Below are positions 1 through 13,443 of a stretch of 64,000 bases of DNA, piece by piece; positions within the stretch are counted from its first letter, which is position 1; each line of letters begins with the position of its first letter. Position numbers and translations under genes: made by a program. Where the stretch lies: contig JBITNC010000001.1 in NCBI GenBank assembly GCA_050084985.1, forward strand, positions 203,794,001 through 203,858,000, written 5' to 3'. This DNA comes from Nageia nagi. Lineage: Eukaryota > Plantae > Pinophyta. The notes under the pieces are model-generated. The model was not told where the DNA came from and made no database searches. It worked only from the letters and a program-made list of their open reading frames with translations.

Positions 1-2420
1 TGTGTACTTGTTGCATGGTAAGGTCAGATCTAGGGAGTTGGCTGACGAGAGATATTTGGGGCAAAAGAATACCCCTGTATGGCGAGCCTACCAAAAGTGG
101 TGGTATCAAAACAAGTTCCAGCATTTCTGTGAGAGGAATGATTAGCGGGAGTATGATATCTACAAGGATATCAAAGGAGAGTCTGTGGTGAAGAGGATTT
201 CTGATGCAACTATCCAAGTTCTTAGTGTACATGCAAATTTCTTTTTGCAATATGCTGATCGTACATACATCAGAGTCTATGGCTCAAAGGACCGACCCCT
301 GCTCATGCCAAAATATGCCAGTGACAGGTTGATCCTCATGGAGTTTGCTAGGTAGCTTTTTTTCTTGAAGGAGAAAGTCTGGAAAAAGAAGAATGCAACA
401 ATCAATTTGCCTATCTCTATTGCCAAGTATGTGTGTCAGACGTGGGTGGAGGCAGCCAACATGAAGGAGTTGCAGCAGTATGCCTTTTCCAAGGAGGCGG
501 TTGCAAGAAACTATGATCCAGGTCCTAGCAAGCGTAGCGCAATCATAAATGATCTTAAGGATGCTGGCTATCACGCCCTCTTCTTGGATGTGCTGGATGA
601 TGTAGTGGGTTAGGCCTGTGCAAGTGATTCACCCACGAGGTAGTACCTTCCAGACTTACTCATTCTCCTTGATGCAGGGAGAAAGTCCACCCTTTACAAC
701 CAAGTTCTAGTTTTGAACATTCCACTTCTTCTAATGAAGAGACTGACGAAGAGCCTAGTCGTACAGTGGAAGATTTTGGAGAAGAATCGAAAAGCCATGG
801 CGGAAGAGAAAAAGAAGAAGAAGATGATGATGATGATGGTGCTACCGGTATTCCTAAGCAAGAGGATGTAGCTGTAGGTGCCTTTGCACCCGATGAGATG
901 GAGATTGAAACTCTCCCAGATGATAATGAGATAGTGGACGTTGGAACATATGATGATGACATCCAGATCGTTGGAGAAAAATGTGCCAAAGAAGCAGGTG
1001 CCTCCAAACCCCCTCCTACCGAGCATAGGAAGAAGTCCCCTTCCACATCACATAAGTCCTCCACAAAGAGGACGAGCCATGAGAGATCTCCCTAGCCATG
1101 GAAAAAGGGTATATCTATAGGCAGTAATGGAGGAGATGAAGAAGATGAAGGAGAGACTAAGGAGCAGAAGAAAAGAAGGCAGGAAGAGCACCAAGGTAAC
1201 GAGATCACCATTGTTCAGACCACTCCAGCGAAAGAGGTCAAGAATATTGACAATGGATGGCTGTTGGTTTAGAGATTTCCTCCCTAGCCAACAATCGAGC
1301 ATCCAGACCTTGACCTGGATGCTTGCCTTTGAGCCCTCAGCATGAGCACGACTCATGATGAAGATATAGATGAGGACCTGCACTCTGACGATGAGGAAGA
1401 ACTCTCAGATGGTGAGAAGATTCGAAGGGTTGACATTTTTGTCTCCACTTCTAGAAAAGAAATCTCCATCAACCATTGTTATTCGAAGGAGAAACACCTT
1501 TAGAGAGCAGAGGATTACGTCCTTGAGACATTCAAGATGCTTGTGAAGCTGGGACTGATAGCTTGAAAAACATAGTCACGCAGAGTGCTGCAGTCATGGA
1601 ACAGGAAGGCTATGAAGCCAAAAATGAGGTGAAGAGATTAAAAAGGGAACTCATGGCTAGTAGGAAAATCATTAAGGAATTCCAAAAGGTTAGTACCACC
1701 CCCTTAGATCTGTAGAAGCAGACCTCCTTCCATGAGGGTTGGGAAGTGATGAAGGAGTAGCTGAAGAAGGAAGTGATGGAGGCCATCGAGAGACTATCTT
1801 CTCAAATTTACAAGCTCCTTGCTCAAGGTGTAGAAATCAAGGATCTGAAAGCACAAATTTCAGCACACCTTGGCACCATGAATGGTCATCTTCCCAACAT
1901 CCCCCATTTGCAACATATTTACGTTGACAGTCCTGAAAAGCTAGTCTATTGCCATGAGTTCACCTATCATCATGATTGGTTGAACCATGCACTTGAAAAA
2001 TGCAATACGGCCTTGAAAATTTGAATCCCCTTGAGAAAGGAGGTCGAGGAACAAATGAGTGAATATGTCCAACTCAAGTTCCAAGGGGAGGACACCAATG
2101 TAAGGAAGGAGACAATATTGGCAGAAGCTCAGAATCTGTTGTAGGAACATCTTGATATCAATGATCTTAGCTTGCTGAAGGCAGGGCATCCTATCTTCCA
2201 TGAGAGGCGGATGGTCATCTGGAGGCACTAGATGCAAGCTATGTCGAAGAAGATAGATGATTATTTTCGGCATGATGGTAGCACCGTCGGCATTATTTCC
2301 AAAGGCACGCGGAAGGTTGTGGCATTCTTGGAGGAGACCATTGAGTCGTACGATCTTACCGGCGAGGAGTGGAACTCTTCCAGTATCGGATCAGATTTGG
2401 CCTAGGACTGATCCTCTCGC
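1..2420 (+). pseudogene. Decayed large ORF of unit A (unknown TE-associated protein)
   Basis: Fragments YIRVYGSKDRPLLMPKYASDRLILMEFAR, KEKVWKKKNATINLPISI, an acidic tract, and HLPNIPHLQHIYVDSPEKLVYCHEF are collinear with the ORFs of B and C. Multiple stops and frameshifts. Confidence 0.8.
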
Positions 2421-3120
2421 ACGCTTTACTTGCGGTATCTTTTCCATTTTGTTTAATGCATACTTGATGATGGTTGTTATCTTAGACTTTATTTCATTTG
2501 ATTTGACTAGTGTAGGAATGAGTTTTGCTTCTACCAGATCAGATCTGTAAGACTTATTTATGGCTCTGACTAGTCCAAGGATGTGGTTTTTGCTCCTACC
2601 TATTTAGATGTCAGACTTGTCAGACTTTTATTGTATATCTGATTTACTTTTGCATGAATTAGGAGTAGATTAGATGCATTTTGACGTTGGCATTTATATT
2701 TTGTTAGCTTTTAGATGCTACTGGCATAGTTTGGTGTAAACAATTTGATTTTGTATTGGTGTGAGTATTGCGTGTGTGCACACCATATAAGATTTGATGC
2801 CTTTAGGGAAACACTTCTAGTGGCTTATTTATACCCCATTAGGGCCATTTAGAAGGGGATTTTGACACTAGGGATTTTTGCATTGGATCTTTGCATATAG
2901 GATATTCACATTGGGGGAATTATGCAATTTTTGGACTTGGACTACTACATTTTTTTTTTTATGTATTGTTGCATGTGTGAGACTTTGTACTGAATGGAAA
3001 TATTGCATATTAAGGCTCTTACATCTTTGAGATTCTAGCTATAATTTTTTATATATGTAAATTTTTTTGAGCCGTTGCATCCTTTAGTATTTGCATTCCA
3101 TTGCATAGAGGTTCGTTGCA

Positions 3121-4341
3121 TGTGATGACCTAAAATCACCCTTAGCAAAAACAACTCCAACTACGGTAGTCAAACCCTCAACTAATGAAGGAAACACACC
3201 CACGTTGGGCCCCTAGGGCACCCAAGGACACTACAATGCAGACGTGAGCCTCCCAAGGCCTCCACGCAACCCCTACACCTTGATGTCAGCCGTCTAGGGC
3301 ACACACCAACACTTGGCACCTCAATGAATGCCTCACAGATGAATATGCAATGCTTGAACACCCACGAATGCAATAAAGCTTCCAACACCAGTATACAAGA
3401 GATACATGCACATACATAAACCATGCACAACACAATGGAGAGAGAGACACAAGTTGTATTTTATTATGGAATGGTATGGAGTACAATGAGGATCTCAATA
3501 TCCATATCTAGGGTTCCAAACCCTCTGCTAGCCAAACACCACAGGAAAGACTCACTCCCTCAGACTTCGAATCCTCTCCTATGAAGGAGCCTCCTCGAAC
3601 CTTGGCAACCACTGAAGGTAGAAGCTCGCCCTCAGAATACCACTAGATGGAATAGGTGACCCACCTAAGTCGTAGAATGCTAGGTTCCCAACCCTGTCAC
3701 TCCTCTAGACACCATCTAGGAATAATGCTTGGCACCGCCAAGACTTGTCTACCTGATCAGGTTCTCTATAGAAGAAGTATAATCAATAGCTAATCTCATC
3801 ATGGAGCTCCTTCCTCATTATATAGCCTCACGTGTCTATCCATTATGCCTCATTATCATCCCAAGCCAAGACTATTCCAACGTTGGGGTCAATAGGTCAA
3901 CCATGCCAACGTGGGGGTCATATTGCCCCAATATGCTAATGTGGGGGTCCCATGGGCCTAGTGTGCCAATGTGTGGGCCATAAAGGCCCTCAAGGTTGAT
4001 GTGGGGTCTAATGAGCCTCCTTGAGCTGATGTGGGTGTCTAAGTGGCCTTATAAGCCAACGTGGGGTATGTGGGCCCTTTCCAACGCTGGTATGCTCCTC
4101 TATGCACCTCTGGACTATACAAGACTCATGCCTATCTAGGGATTCGCACAATCTGGGGTAACCCATTACAAGTTAACACACACACTACTCAAGGGGAGAC
4201 ATCCCATTACTGGGCTCACAGTGGGGTTCGCATACCATAAGCTCCTGCTTGAGTTACACATGTACAACATGATCATAAACAAACACTAGATTAGAAAGTG
4301 ACCATGACACATTTTGTCAATGGTCCAAATGGAACGTCACA
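3121..4341 (-). mobile_element. Solo LTR S1 (1.2-kb gypsy LTR family) inserted in unit A
   Basis: TGTGATGACC...GGAACGTCACA; TSD TTGCA/CTGCA. Shares CCAACGTGG repeats and the terminal CCCAC...AGTGGGG motif with the LTRs of D-H. Confidence 0.85.
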
Positions 4342-5077
4342 CTGCATAAGGGGTTCTATGCATGTTCGTTATTGAATATCCTCATGAATGTATTTCCTTT
4401 GAAGGAATCAGATTATAAAGTTTATATTGTGAAGGATATCATTTGTGGGATTACGCATATTTGAATGATTCTCTCTCCTTGAGTTACATATTGAACATTC
4501 ATTTGGATGGTTTGAGTTAATTTTTTGCATGGTTTGCACGCAAGTGAATGTATTCTGAGGCCTATAGCTTGTCTTTATACCATTCGGTTAGGTCCTTGTA
4601 CTCACGTCGTCACCTCATTTATACCCTTCCATCGAGTCTTCCACCAAGACCCAACAGCTTCCTGCTCTCGTTTGGTAGTGATTTGAGCATATTTGCTATT
4701 TGCTGCCCGGCTTGATAGTGAGTGTATCGACGTTAATGAATCTGAAGACTTGCGGAGACACTGCATTGCTGGTGATACCTTCATAAGCCATTTCTTTTCT
4801 TTATATCTCTTTGCATTTATCCTAGTGTTTGTCCCTACAGTTGTTATCTTTTTTCGCTTTTGTTCACATTTGTAGTCTTTCCTTATCGAGGAAAGGAACT
4901 CCGGCGTTGTATTTTGCTTGTATACGGTTAACATCATGCATCTTTGACTTCTGAGCCTTAAAGACCATATTCCATGTGAGTGCTTGGGGTAACCAGTCCT
5001 TTCAGGCTAAAACAAGTAACGTTGTTTCCTCCAAGTCTTGTGCATGTTTTAGACTAGGAAAGAAAAACATACCAACA

Positions 5078-5769
5078 ACGTCCAAGGGTGCTTGACATCA
5101 CCAAGTCTTTAGTTGCTCCAAAGAGAAGGGTTTCAATATAATAATCAAGTCTATCTCAGATATGAGGCTCCTCAGCCTTATAGAGCTCTTACTGGATGTG
5201 GATCTCACCTTGGAGTCATCCCGAACCTCTCAATCTCAACGTTGGCCTTTTGGAGGCCCAAGAACTCCAATGTGGGTGCCTAGGGGTTAGGCACGGTCAA
5301 CGTGGGTACCCAGGAGTCATAAATGCTCAACGTGAGGTCCTAGGGTGCCTGCATGCCACGAGGGGGTCCAAGGTGCAACGTAGGTCTAAGAGTCATGCAT
5401 GGGTGCAAGGGAGTCATCATGGGCCAACGCGGGGGTCTAGGAGTCTCCCCAAGGTTGGCGCATGTGTAAAAGTGCTCCCAAGTCCAACGTTGGGGCAAAT
5501 AGGTATTTATAAATGTGCTAGGTGCTATACAAGCCTTGGGATTCTCACAATCATCTTTGGGATCTCCAAGTACACTAATTAATAAATAAAAGAACATATC
5601 CTACATTGGGAGTAAAATGTCCCTAATGGGGCTGACAAGTGGGTCCAATGGACCTTAATAATTCTATCCCAAGGAATTAGCAACGATTATTTGAGAAGGT
5701 AAATATTTACAAAAAGGGAATCTTCGGGATTCCAAAATTAACTACTTTTTACAAAAAGGGAATGTTACA
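5078..5769 (-). mobile_element. Partial 1.2-kb-family LTR (S2) interrupted by unit A
   Basis: Begins mid-LTR right after the unit A terminus, contains family motifs, and ends ...AAAAAGGGAATGTTACA. Confidence 0.75.
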
Positions 5770-6031
5770 TATCGGCCATGAAGGAGTTGCTGCATTCATT
5801 CTTGCACATCGCATATGGCAAAGATGCTCATTTTTAGAATATTTTGACTTAGTTACCCCATCCATGGAGCTTTCTTGTGGAAACCAAGCCAAAAGGGGGC
5901 AATGAAGGAGCTGCATCAAAAGTTCAATCTACTGTATAAGAGTTCAAAGTTTTCAAAGATTTGCTATCTCTTGTTCTTCTTTGGAAATTTAATTCCACTT
6001 CTTTCCATCACACCTCCAAAGAGAGGCAAAA

Positions 6032-7270
6032 TGTAGATTCTTAAAAATGAATTCCTATTTATTAAATAATTCATTTTTATGGCATCAATGGATATTATTG
6101 TAAAAAAGGGTTAAAATACACCCTATGCGATGTAATTAATGTAAAGGGACCACTAAATGATGTAAATGGTGTAAAAAATCAAGAAGGCACCACAAGCTAT
6201 GTAATACATGAAGATTCCAAGAAAAGTAAAGGACGAAGACATTTCTATAAAAGAAGATCAGAAGCAAATGATTTCCTATCTTATAATTGGATATTAGATA
6301 GGTCGACATACGAGCATCACATCATTCAAACAACAACGATGTTTTGTAACACCACCTATCTGAGAATCTGTTATCCACTCTTCGTTATGCTTCACATTTT
6401 TTAATTTCGATATTAGATCTTGTATCTTTTACGACGTTTATGCCGCGCCAGTGTTGAGTTTGTGGCGCCCACGTTGTGGTTTTGGAGTCGAGAAGCGCTG
6501 AATCCGGATGACGAACTTTGTTTACGATTTGAGGTCTAGGATCTGACGAAGAGGAGTGTCTGATCATACTGCCACCACATGCATATTTTCATAAATACTT
6601 CAGTAAGTATATTGTAGAGAAATAGTGCTTTGTTTTATTACAATACCATTATTTTTCATCTATAGATAGTATTGATGATGTGGTTAAACATGATACTGTT
6701 CATGAGAATTTTGGTGATGTAACCTCCATTGTGTTCCTTCTATGATCAAGGATGATACTTGTAGGAATATTTCTTCTTTGCATGTTTAAGTGAATGATAT
6801 AGTTATAGATCCTCAGGATTACACTCGTTACAATATAGTTCATGTTGATGAACATATGGTTTTTGGTTACGACTCCTTATGTGGTCTATATTGGTTACAC
6901 TTTATGTGGGGTTGATTCCTTTGTTGATGATATCATATAAATAAGAGCACATTTAATTATCATAATTATAATTTGAAAAATCATATCTTTAATGCCCATT
7001 GCAAATATGTGAAGACTTTGGCCTTTCAAAGTGGCTTTTGGAGACTTTGCGCTTTTGAAGTTGCTCTCATCTTTGGACTTCTATTGCTTTAATATTCTGG
7101 ATCTGGCTACTGCGAGTTATTCTTTAATTGGCATTGCATTGTAATGATTCTGTAGTTTGGTATAATTGAGATATTATTTTATTGACTGGTTCGTTATAAA
7201 AATGATGTAATTTTCAACTTCATAATGTTTAGATTATGAAGTGAATTTTATTCACCAAATGTGGACCTCA
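6032..7270 (+). mobile_element. Old, decayed LTR-like fragment (boundaries uncertain)
   Basis: Purine tract CCAAAGAGAGGCAAAA precedes TGTAG at 6032. Segment ~7035-7140 is similar to ~29460-29560. Confidence 0.3.
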
Positions 7271-8114
7271 TCTAAATCTAGTTAAATTTTTTTGTTTAAA
7301 CATATTGTGAATCAAAACCAAGACAACTACCTAATTATCAAGTCACTTTATCATTTGGTCACTGATAGTCTACAGATTCTTGTTAGAATCATAACAAGCC
7401 CTCAATTTGGTGCATTATAAGGGAAAAATAGTGTAAGTTTGAGCATATATGTTGATGCCTTGGTTGTACACGAGGAATTGTTTGTATTAGTGTACCATCT
7501 TGGACTGATGATGTAGGAATTGTATATGAGCTGGGCATTGTTGAAGTCATATATCCATGCCATGATTTTTATATGGATGTATGCATCAATGATCTGTTCC
7601 CTACAAGACTCAGTTTTTATTGGAAAAATATAAAAGATTAACAATCAGTAATGATAATCTTATGAAGCCATATTATTACTCTCAATAAATGAGAATCTTC
7701 TATTTACAATTTGATTTGCGTTTTTGTAATAGCAAAACTGTAAATGAGTTTTCTAAAAATTTTCAAAACTCAGTCTAATAGTTTTTTCAATGTTGAAGTA
7801 TAGGGATCAGAACCTGACATGATCCTTCCGATATTTGGTATGGATTATCACGTTTGGTATTATTTCTATATTTATTAGAAGATAAATCAACTTGTTGAGA
7901 GGTTTAAGAGTAAACATTTGTTTTTTCTTCTTATCTATTTCTGTCCAAATGGTAGATTGTGTGGCATCTACTTTTTTTATGTGGTTCTGCATAGCCAATA
8001 GTGGGTTGTTTGTCATGAATTTTAGCTTGTATTACTCGATGCTAGATGTCAAGATTTAAACTAGATGGTATAATTGTGTCTTTACTTTGTCTGTTCTAAC
8101 TTGTGTACATACAG

Positions 8115-8179
8115 GTGTGACCCTTGAGAGAAATTGTGCAGCTGGTTTTGGCACTTTTGTTGATGTGGGTCTTACAGAG
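8115..8179 (+). CDS. SPOUT1: Internal exon of SPOUT-class RNA methyltransferase (SPOUT1/C9orf114-like); peptide (G)VTLERNCAAGFGTFVDVGLTE
   Basis: Preceded by a T-rich tract and tacag acceptor; ends GAG|gttaga. Phase 1 start, phase 0 end. GVTL...GTxVDVGL matches the C9orf114 family as I recall it, and it splices in frame to the next exon. Confidence 0.9.
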
Positions 8180-9202
8180 GTTAGACTCATAACTTCATTC
8201 CACTAAGGTTTTATTAAAATTTATTGAATGGGAGTTATCCCATCAAAATCATGTCTCGACAGATTTACAAAAACATACAATATGATGAAGTTGAAATAAA
8301 CTGCTTGAAATTAACAGGAAAAACTCACACAAGCGAAAACGTTAAAATCAATTCAAGCTGTCCTAGAAAACTTCATGGCATTTATGAGGCCAACTTATCC
8401 TAGAAACGTTATAAGAACCTGTTCAGAGAGAGAGAATGCAAATTGATCTTCTTGTGAATTGGAGAACCAAATTCCAAGATGGCTGATTTGGATTTTCAGT
8501 AGTTTAAAGGAATCTGTGGTACACAGATTTACAATTTTGGTCTATTTGAATGAATCAATCAGTTCTCTGTTTTTGTTCTAATAGTTAAACCCTTTTTTAT
8601 ATTTTGAAGAAGGGTACTGAAAGTCCATCCTTGCTATTTCATTTTGCATAGGTAGTGTTAAACCATTAAACTGTGGGAAGGACATTGGATTTCTAATTCG
8701 GACATCCACTATGGAAATTACCCACTTTACGAATCTGCCTTTCACAGGCAGGCTACCGATCAGTTCTGATTTCAAAATTAGGTTCATAGTTGAAAATTAA
8801 AGCTACATGGAAAAAAATATCTACCTTGGGAACTTGATTCATTGAAATTGGCATTTTGTCACTTCCCAATCATGATAACTTTAGCAATGTATGAAGATGA
8901 ATAGTTTCCATCTTTAGCAACACCAAGGTGGAATCATTGTTGGAAAACTTGGATGCAAAGAGTACTTGGCAGGGCCATTTTGGAAGATTGCCTAGGAACT
9001 CAGAAAGAACTTGGTTAAAAAACCTCAAACATTTTATTAAAAAATCATACAAAAAACTATTTAAATATGGAATTATAACCATTTTTTCTATTGATACAGA
9101 GTTGATTGAAGTATTTATATCTATGTTAATATTATGTTGAAGATTTAAAATTTCTATAATTTGTAAATAAAAAGATAAACCAATTACAAATTAAAATATA
9201 TC

Positions 9203-9340
9203 AGGGGAGTTGGAAGACAAGTGAGGTGTGAAGGCATCCACATTGAAGGTTCAAAGTTCAACTCCCACCACCTACATTGGTGATTTAAAAAAACTCTTGA
9301 TAGGTCTTACAAACCAATAGGTTTAAAGCACGTTAAATGT
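9203..9340 (+). mobile_element. Possible degenerate tRNA-derived SINE
   Basis: Weak A-box-like TGGAAGACAAGTGAG and B-box-like GTTCAACTCC, followed by a (TA)n tract. No TSD identified. Confidence 0.25.
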
Positions 9341-9342
9341 TA

Positions 9343-9407
<65 letters not shown>
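9343..9407. repeat. (TA)n microsatellite
   Basis: About 32 TA units with one interruption. Confidence 0.95.
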
Positions 9408-9411
<4 letters not shown>

Positions 9412-9633
9412 CTATTCCTCTCTATATTTTATTTTTAAATAAAATAGTTTTATAATGTAAACAAATTCAAATTATAAATCTTCCTTCGAGATAAACTAAA
9501 TATTCTATTAACTACATTTATTTTAAAAAGCTAATTAATACCACACACAAGTCATTAACAAGAGTTATATTTGAAATGTCTACACACGTTGTACTCAATA
9601 TATAGGAAGAAATAAATTATATTTCACATATCA

Positions 9634-11146
9634 TGTTTGTAAGGCCCATTATGAGGATGCAAATCCAAAATAGTATTAACTCCAAAAAGACAAGTTACAT
9701 TCTAAATGACAAGCATAAAAAGAGGAGAAGAATAAGTAACTCCTTCAAGAGAATATCAAAAACTCTAAAAACTCCTCATGACTCTTCAACTTCCTAATGA
9801 CACTTGGGACTTATTAATGACATGTGAAATTTCTTCAACTTACAAATATGGAAGTATAAAAAACTTTTATTTCACCTACACACATAACACCTAAATCTAA
9901 TAATTACATCAAGAGGCGTAACTACTATGGCAGCCAAGGGGGTGGAGAGACAAAATGTTGCTTCGTCTGTATGTCCGTCATCAACATAACTATATTAGTT
10001 GTATATAATTTAATATATTTAAATACATTGGTTATTTTAAATTTATACATTCTTTGTTTCAATTTATTTATAATTTAATATTATGCTGCCATAACTATAT
10101 TAAATTGTTAGTGTTCAGATTATACAATGCATTCGTTTTTTTAAATATGTAATTATGACGAGAGGCATAACTACAATGGCAGCCAAGGGGGTGGGGAGTG
10201 GGAGCCAAATTGTCGCTCTGTCTGTATGTTCGTCATCAACATAACAATATTAGTTTTATATAATTTAATATATTTAAATACATTGGTTATTTTAAATTTA
10301 TACATTCCTTGCTTTAATTTATTTATAATTTAGTATTATGCTGATATAACTATATTAAATTGTTACTGTTCAGATTATACAATGCATTCGTTGTTTTAAA
10401 TATGTAATTAAATACATTTGCTGTGTATTCAAATATGTAATTGTGACTGTTTATATTATCTAATACAATCGTTGTTTTAAATACAATTGTTGTATATTCA
10501 AATAAATATATTTAAATGCATTAACTTTTTTAAATTTATATATTTTATGTTTTAAATTTATACATTCATTGTTTTAAATTGTTTATATACAGTTGCTGTA
10601 AACATTAGTTTCTAAATTATTATATTGTCAATTGTGAAATAGTTTATAATCTATATTATTAATAATATAATAATTTTGAGAAATAGTTTCATAATTATTT
10701 GAGAATGATATCTTTTGGCGTTTTTTGATATATATAAGGGATTATATCAAAGTTAGTTAAATACATTTGTATGTATTCAAATATGTAATTGTTACTGTTC
10801 ATATTATATAATACAATCTTTGTTTTAAATAAATTTGTTGTGTATCCAAATAAATATATTTAAATGCATTAGCTGTTTTAAATTTATATATTTGATTTTT
10901 TAAATTTATACATTCATTGTTTTAAATTTTTTATATACATTTGCTGTAAACATTAGTTTCTAAATTATTATATTATCAACTGTGAAATAGTTTACAATCT
11001 ATATTATTGATAATATAATAATTTTGAGAAATAGTTTCTAAATTATTCGGGAATGATATCTCTCGATGGTTTTTGATATATATAAGGAATTATATCAAAG
11101 CTAGTATTACAATTAACTTTAATCCTTAAGGATTAGGTTTCCAACA
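9634..11146 (-). mobile_element. Probable short Copia-type 3' LTR (~300 bp) split by a Helitron
   Basis: TGTTTG at 9634 ... TTTCCAACA at 11146, followed by TTCCCCCCTTAA (minus-strand PPT TTAAGGGGGGAA|TGTTGG). Left end tentative. Confidence 0.45.
9896..11104 (+). mobile_element. Non-autonomous Helitron-like element, AT-rich, with internal tandem duplications
   Basis: A|TCTAATAATT start; 3' hairpin TTTGATATA-N10-TATATCAAA followed by CTAG|T; no TSD. ~250-bp duplication (~9900-10400) and ~350-bp duplication (~10410-11104). Confidence 0.6.
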
Positions 11147-13443
11147 TTCCCCCCTTAATTTGAAAGGGATTAAAACAGAAATAAAACAAAAAATTGTGCC
11201 TCAAGGTGTGTAGAACATTTTTCACCAACAAAAAATAAGCAATCTCCTTAAAAGATCTACCTCAAGGATTAAGCCCAATGTTCTGTACCTTAATCCGAAG
11301 GGGTAGAAATGCTGCAACATAAGTCTTATTCACAAGAGCATTGACAAAATGTCTCCATCCAAACAAGAGTAGTAGTGGATGGAGTTTGGGAATAATGAAG
11401 TGGAACCAAGTCTCCTCCATGAAACCATAAAGAAAGAATTTTCTTCAACATAGGTCATTCCAAAGAAGGTGAAAGCTCCACAAATAAAGAACTTGAACCA
11501 ATCACCAAAAAATCTCTTCCGAATGAAGAGAAACAAGATGTGAAGAATAATATTCTCCACCATGAATACAAAAGATGTGCAAAAAGAATAAGAAGAATAA
11601 AAATGGTTAGAGTATCTTGCACTCATTATAATAGTAATGGGTATAAAGAATAAGAAGAGGATCTAATGATGAAGAATAATACCTTTCAAGGAGTTGGTCG
11701 TTGTGATTCAGTAAAAAAAGCACAAGTGAGATATGATCAATCAGAATATGCTTCATCTTTTAAGCATGATGATTATTTTGGGAAAGAAGAGGATTCCATA
11801 TATGGTCTATTTGAAGCTAATTCCTCCATGCATACACAAAATTCAGTTAATAATCTTGGTAGACAATCATAAGTGGCTAGTCCCATTGGTACAAAAGTGA
11901 AAACTACTCATGAGCTATGCTCTGATGCAAATTTCTATAATAGTTCACTTTCTTAATTTGTCCTTGATCAACACTCTTTGGACCATGAGGATTTGATGAT
12001 CATACCTTTTTCCATTTGGATCAATTACTTCTTTGAAGAATATTAGTTATTAGAACATCATTGAGGAATTTTTCTTGGGTAATAATATTAAAGAACCTCT
12101 CACAAAAGTTGAAAGAGACGTCTAGTGTGAGATCCCTTCCATAATTGAGGATATAAGTTTATTGAATCATTATTTTTAACAAGACATTTTATCTTCTTTC
12201 AATAATAAAAAGAATTTCCAAGTATAATATATTGGGTCTTCTACTTATAGCAAAAGTTTATTTGTCGAGGAATGTAATGGAAGATACAAAATTGTGGTAC
12301 ATAAGCCTATTGATATGCATGATGAGATAACCATTCATAATACTATAGAGAAGTAATGTATAACTCTTATCTCTACTACATCAGAAAATGGGTATATCAA
12401 GTATAAGGTTGTTGATAAGAGCACTACATTCAATGATGCTTTTGAGTCTTTAGTTCATCATGGAAAAGGAGTATCAAATTATTTTCTTAATGGATGTCCA
12501 AGATGAGGTTCACATAACTAAATTTGCTTACAATTGGGAGCATAATGAAATTCATGGTAACATTCTTTATGATATGTTTCACTTTATTGATCATAGAAAT
12601 TTTCTTCATGATGAGGTTCCAAAGGTTGAGCATGTAATTCATGCAGATTTTTATGATTAAACCCTATTATATTCCTTCTATGCTCAAGGATAAAAAAAAT
12701 TGGGCTATCTTTTCTTTTCATATTGAGGTGGGTGATATGGTTATAGATCCTCATGCTTACAAGTCTTATGATGGTATTCATGTTGTTAAATATGTGATTT
12801 CTCATGGGGATCTTTGTCATAAGTTGCATTATTCACTTATAGATGCCTCTTACAAATCATTTGAACATGTGAAGAGAAGATTTCAAGTTGATTTGGCTAT
12901 TTTACTAGCGTATAGATATGGTCCTCTTTTAGATGGAAATATCTTATTTCATATGGATCTAGGTGGAGGTTATGAAGGTTTTGGTAAACAATTATTTTCC
13001 TATAAAAAAGAAAATGAACATACTTTCATTTGGACTATTCCATGGAAATCTAACACTATCACTTATTCACCTATCATTCTATTTAGAAAGGATTGCCATG
13101 GTTAACCATCACTTATGCCCTTTTCGAGATGTCATGGATATGATATAAATTATAGACTAAATGCTTTTGGTGTTTAGGTGTCAAGAAACTAATTTTTTTA
13201 TTGTACAAGGACTTGTTGGTATGTTTTTCTTTCCTCGCCCAAAAGATACACAAGACTTGGAGGAAACAATGTTACTTGTTTCCGCCTGAAAGGACTGGTT
13301 ACCCCAAGCGCTCACATGGAATATGGACTAGGGCACAGTGGTCAGAGATGCATGTTGTTAACCATATACAAGGGAAATACACCATCGGGATTCGTTTTCC
13401 ACAAAGAGGAAAGACTGTTGATGTGAACGAAAGCGAAGAAATA

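Larger units (their letters stand above)
1..5077 (+). mobile_element. Unit A: right part of a gene-bearing giant LTR-like unit (same subfamily as unit B); left end outside window
   Basis: Ends ...GGAAAGAAAAACATACCAACA (5077), nearly identical to the reverse complement of unit B at 13214-13320. No PBS follows; the next sequence is the middle of an unrelated 1.2-kb-family LTR, into which it inserted. Confidence 0.8.

Noticed and set aside
6461-6475. TGGCGCCC as a tRNA-Lys/Arg primer-binding site
   Set aside because: Not preceded by an LTR-terminal CA and no gag follows; too weak.
9203-9290. Functional tRNA gene
   Set aside because: Only a B-box-like motif; I could not form a cloverleaf. At best a decayed SINE.
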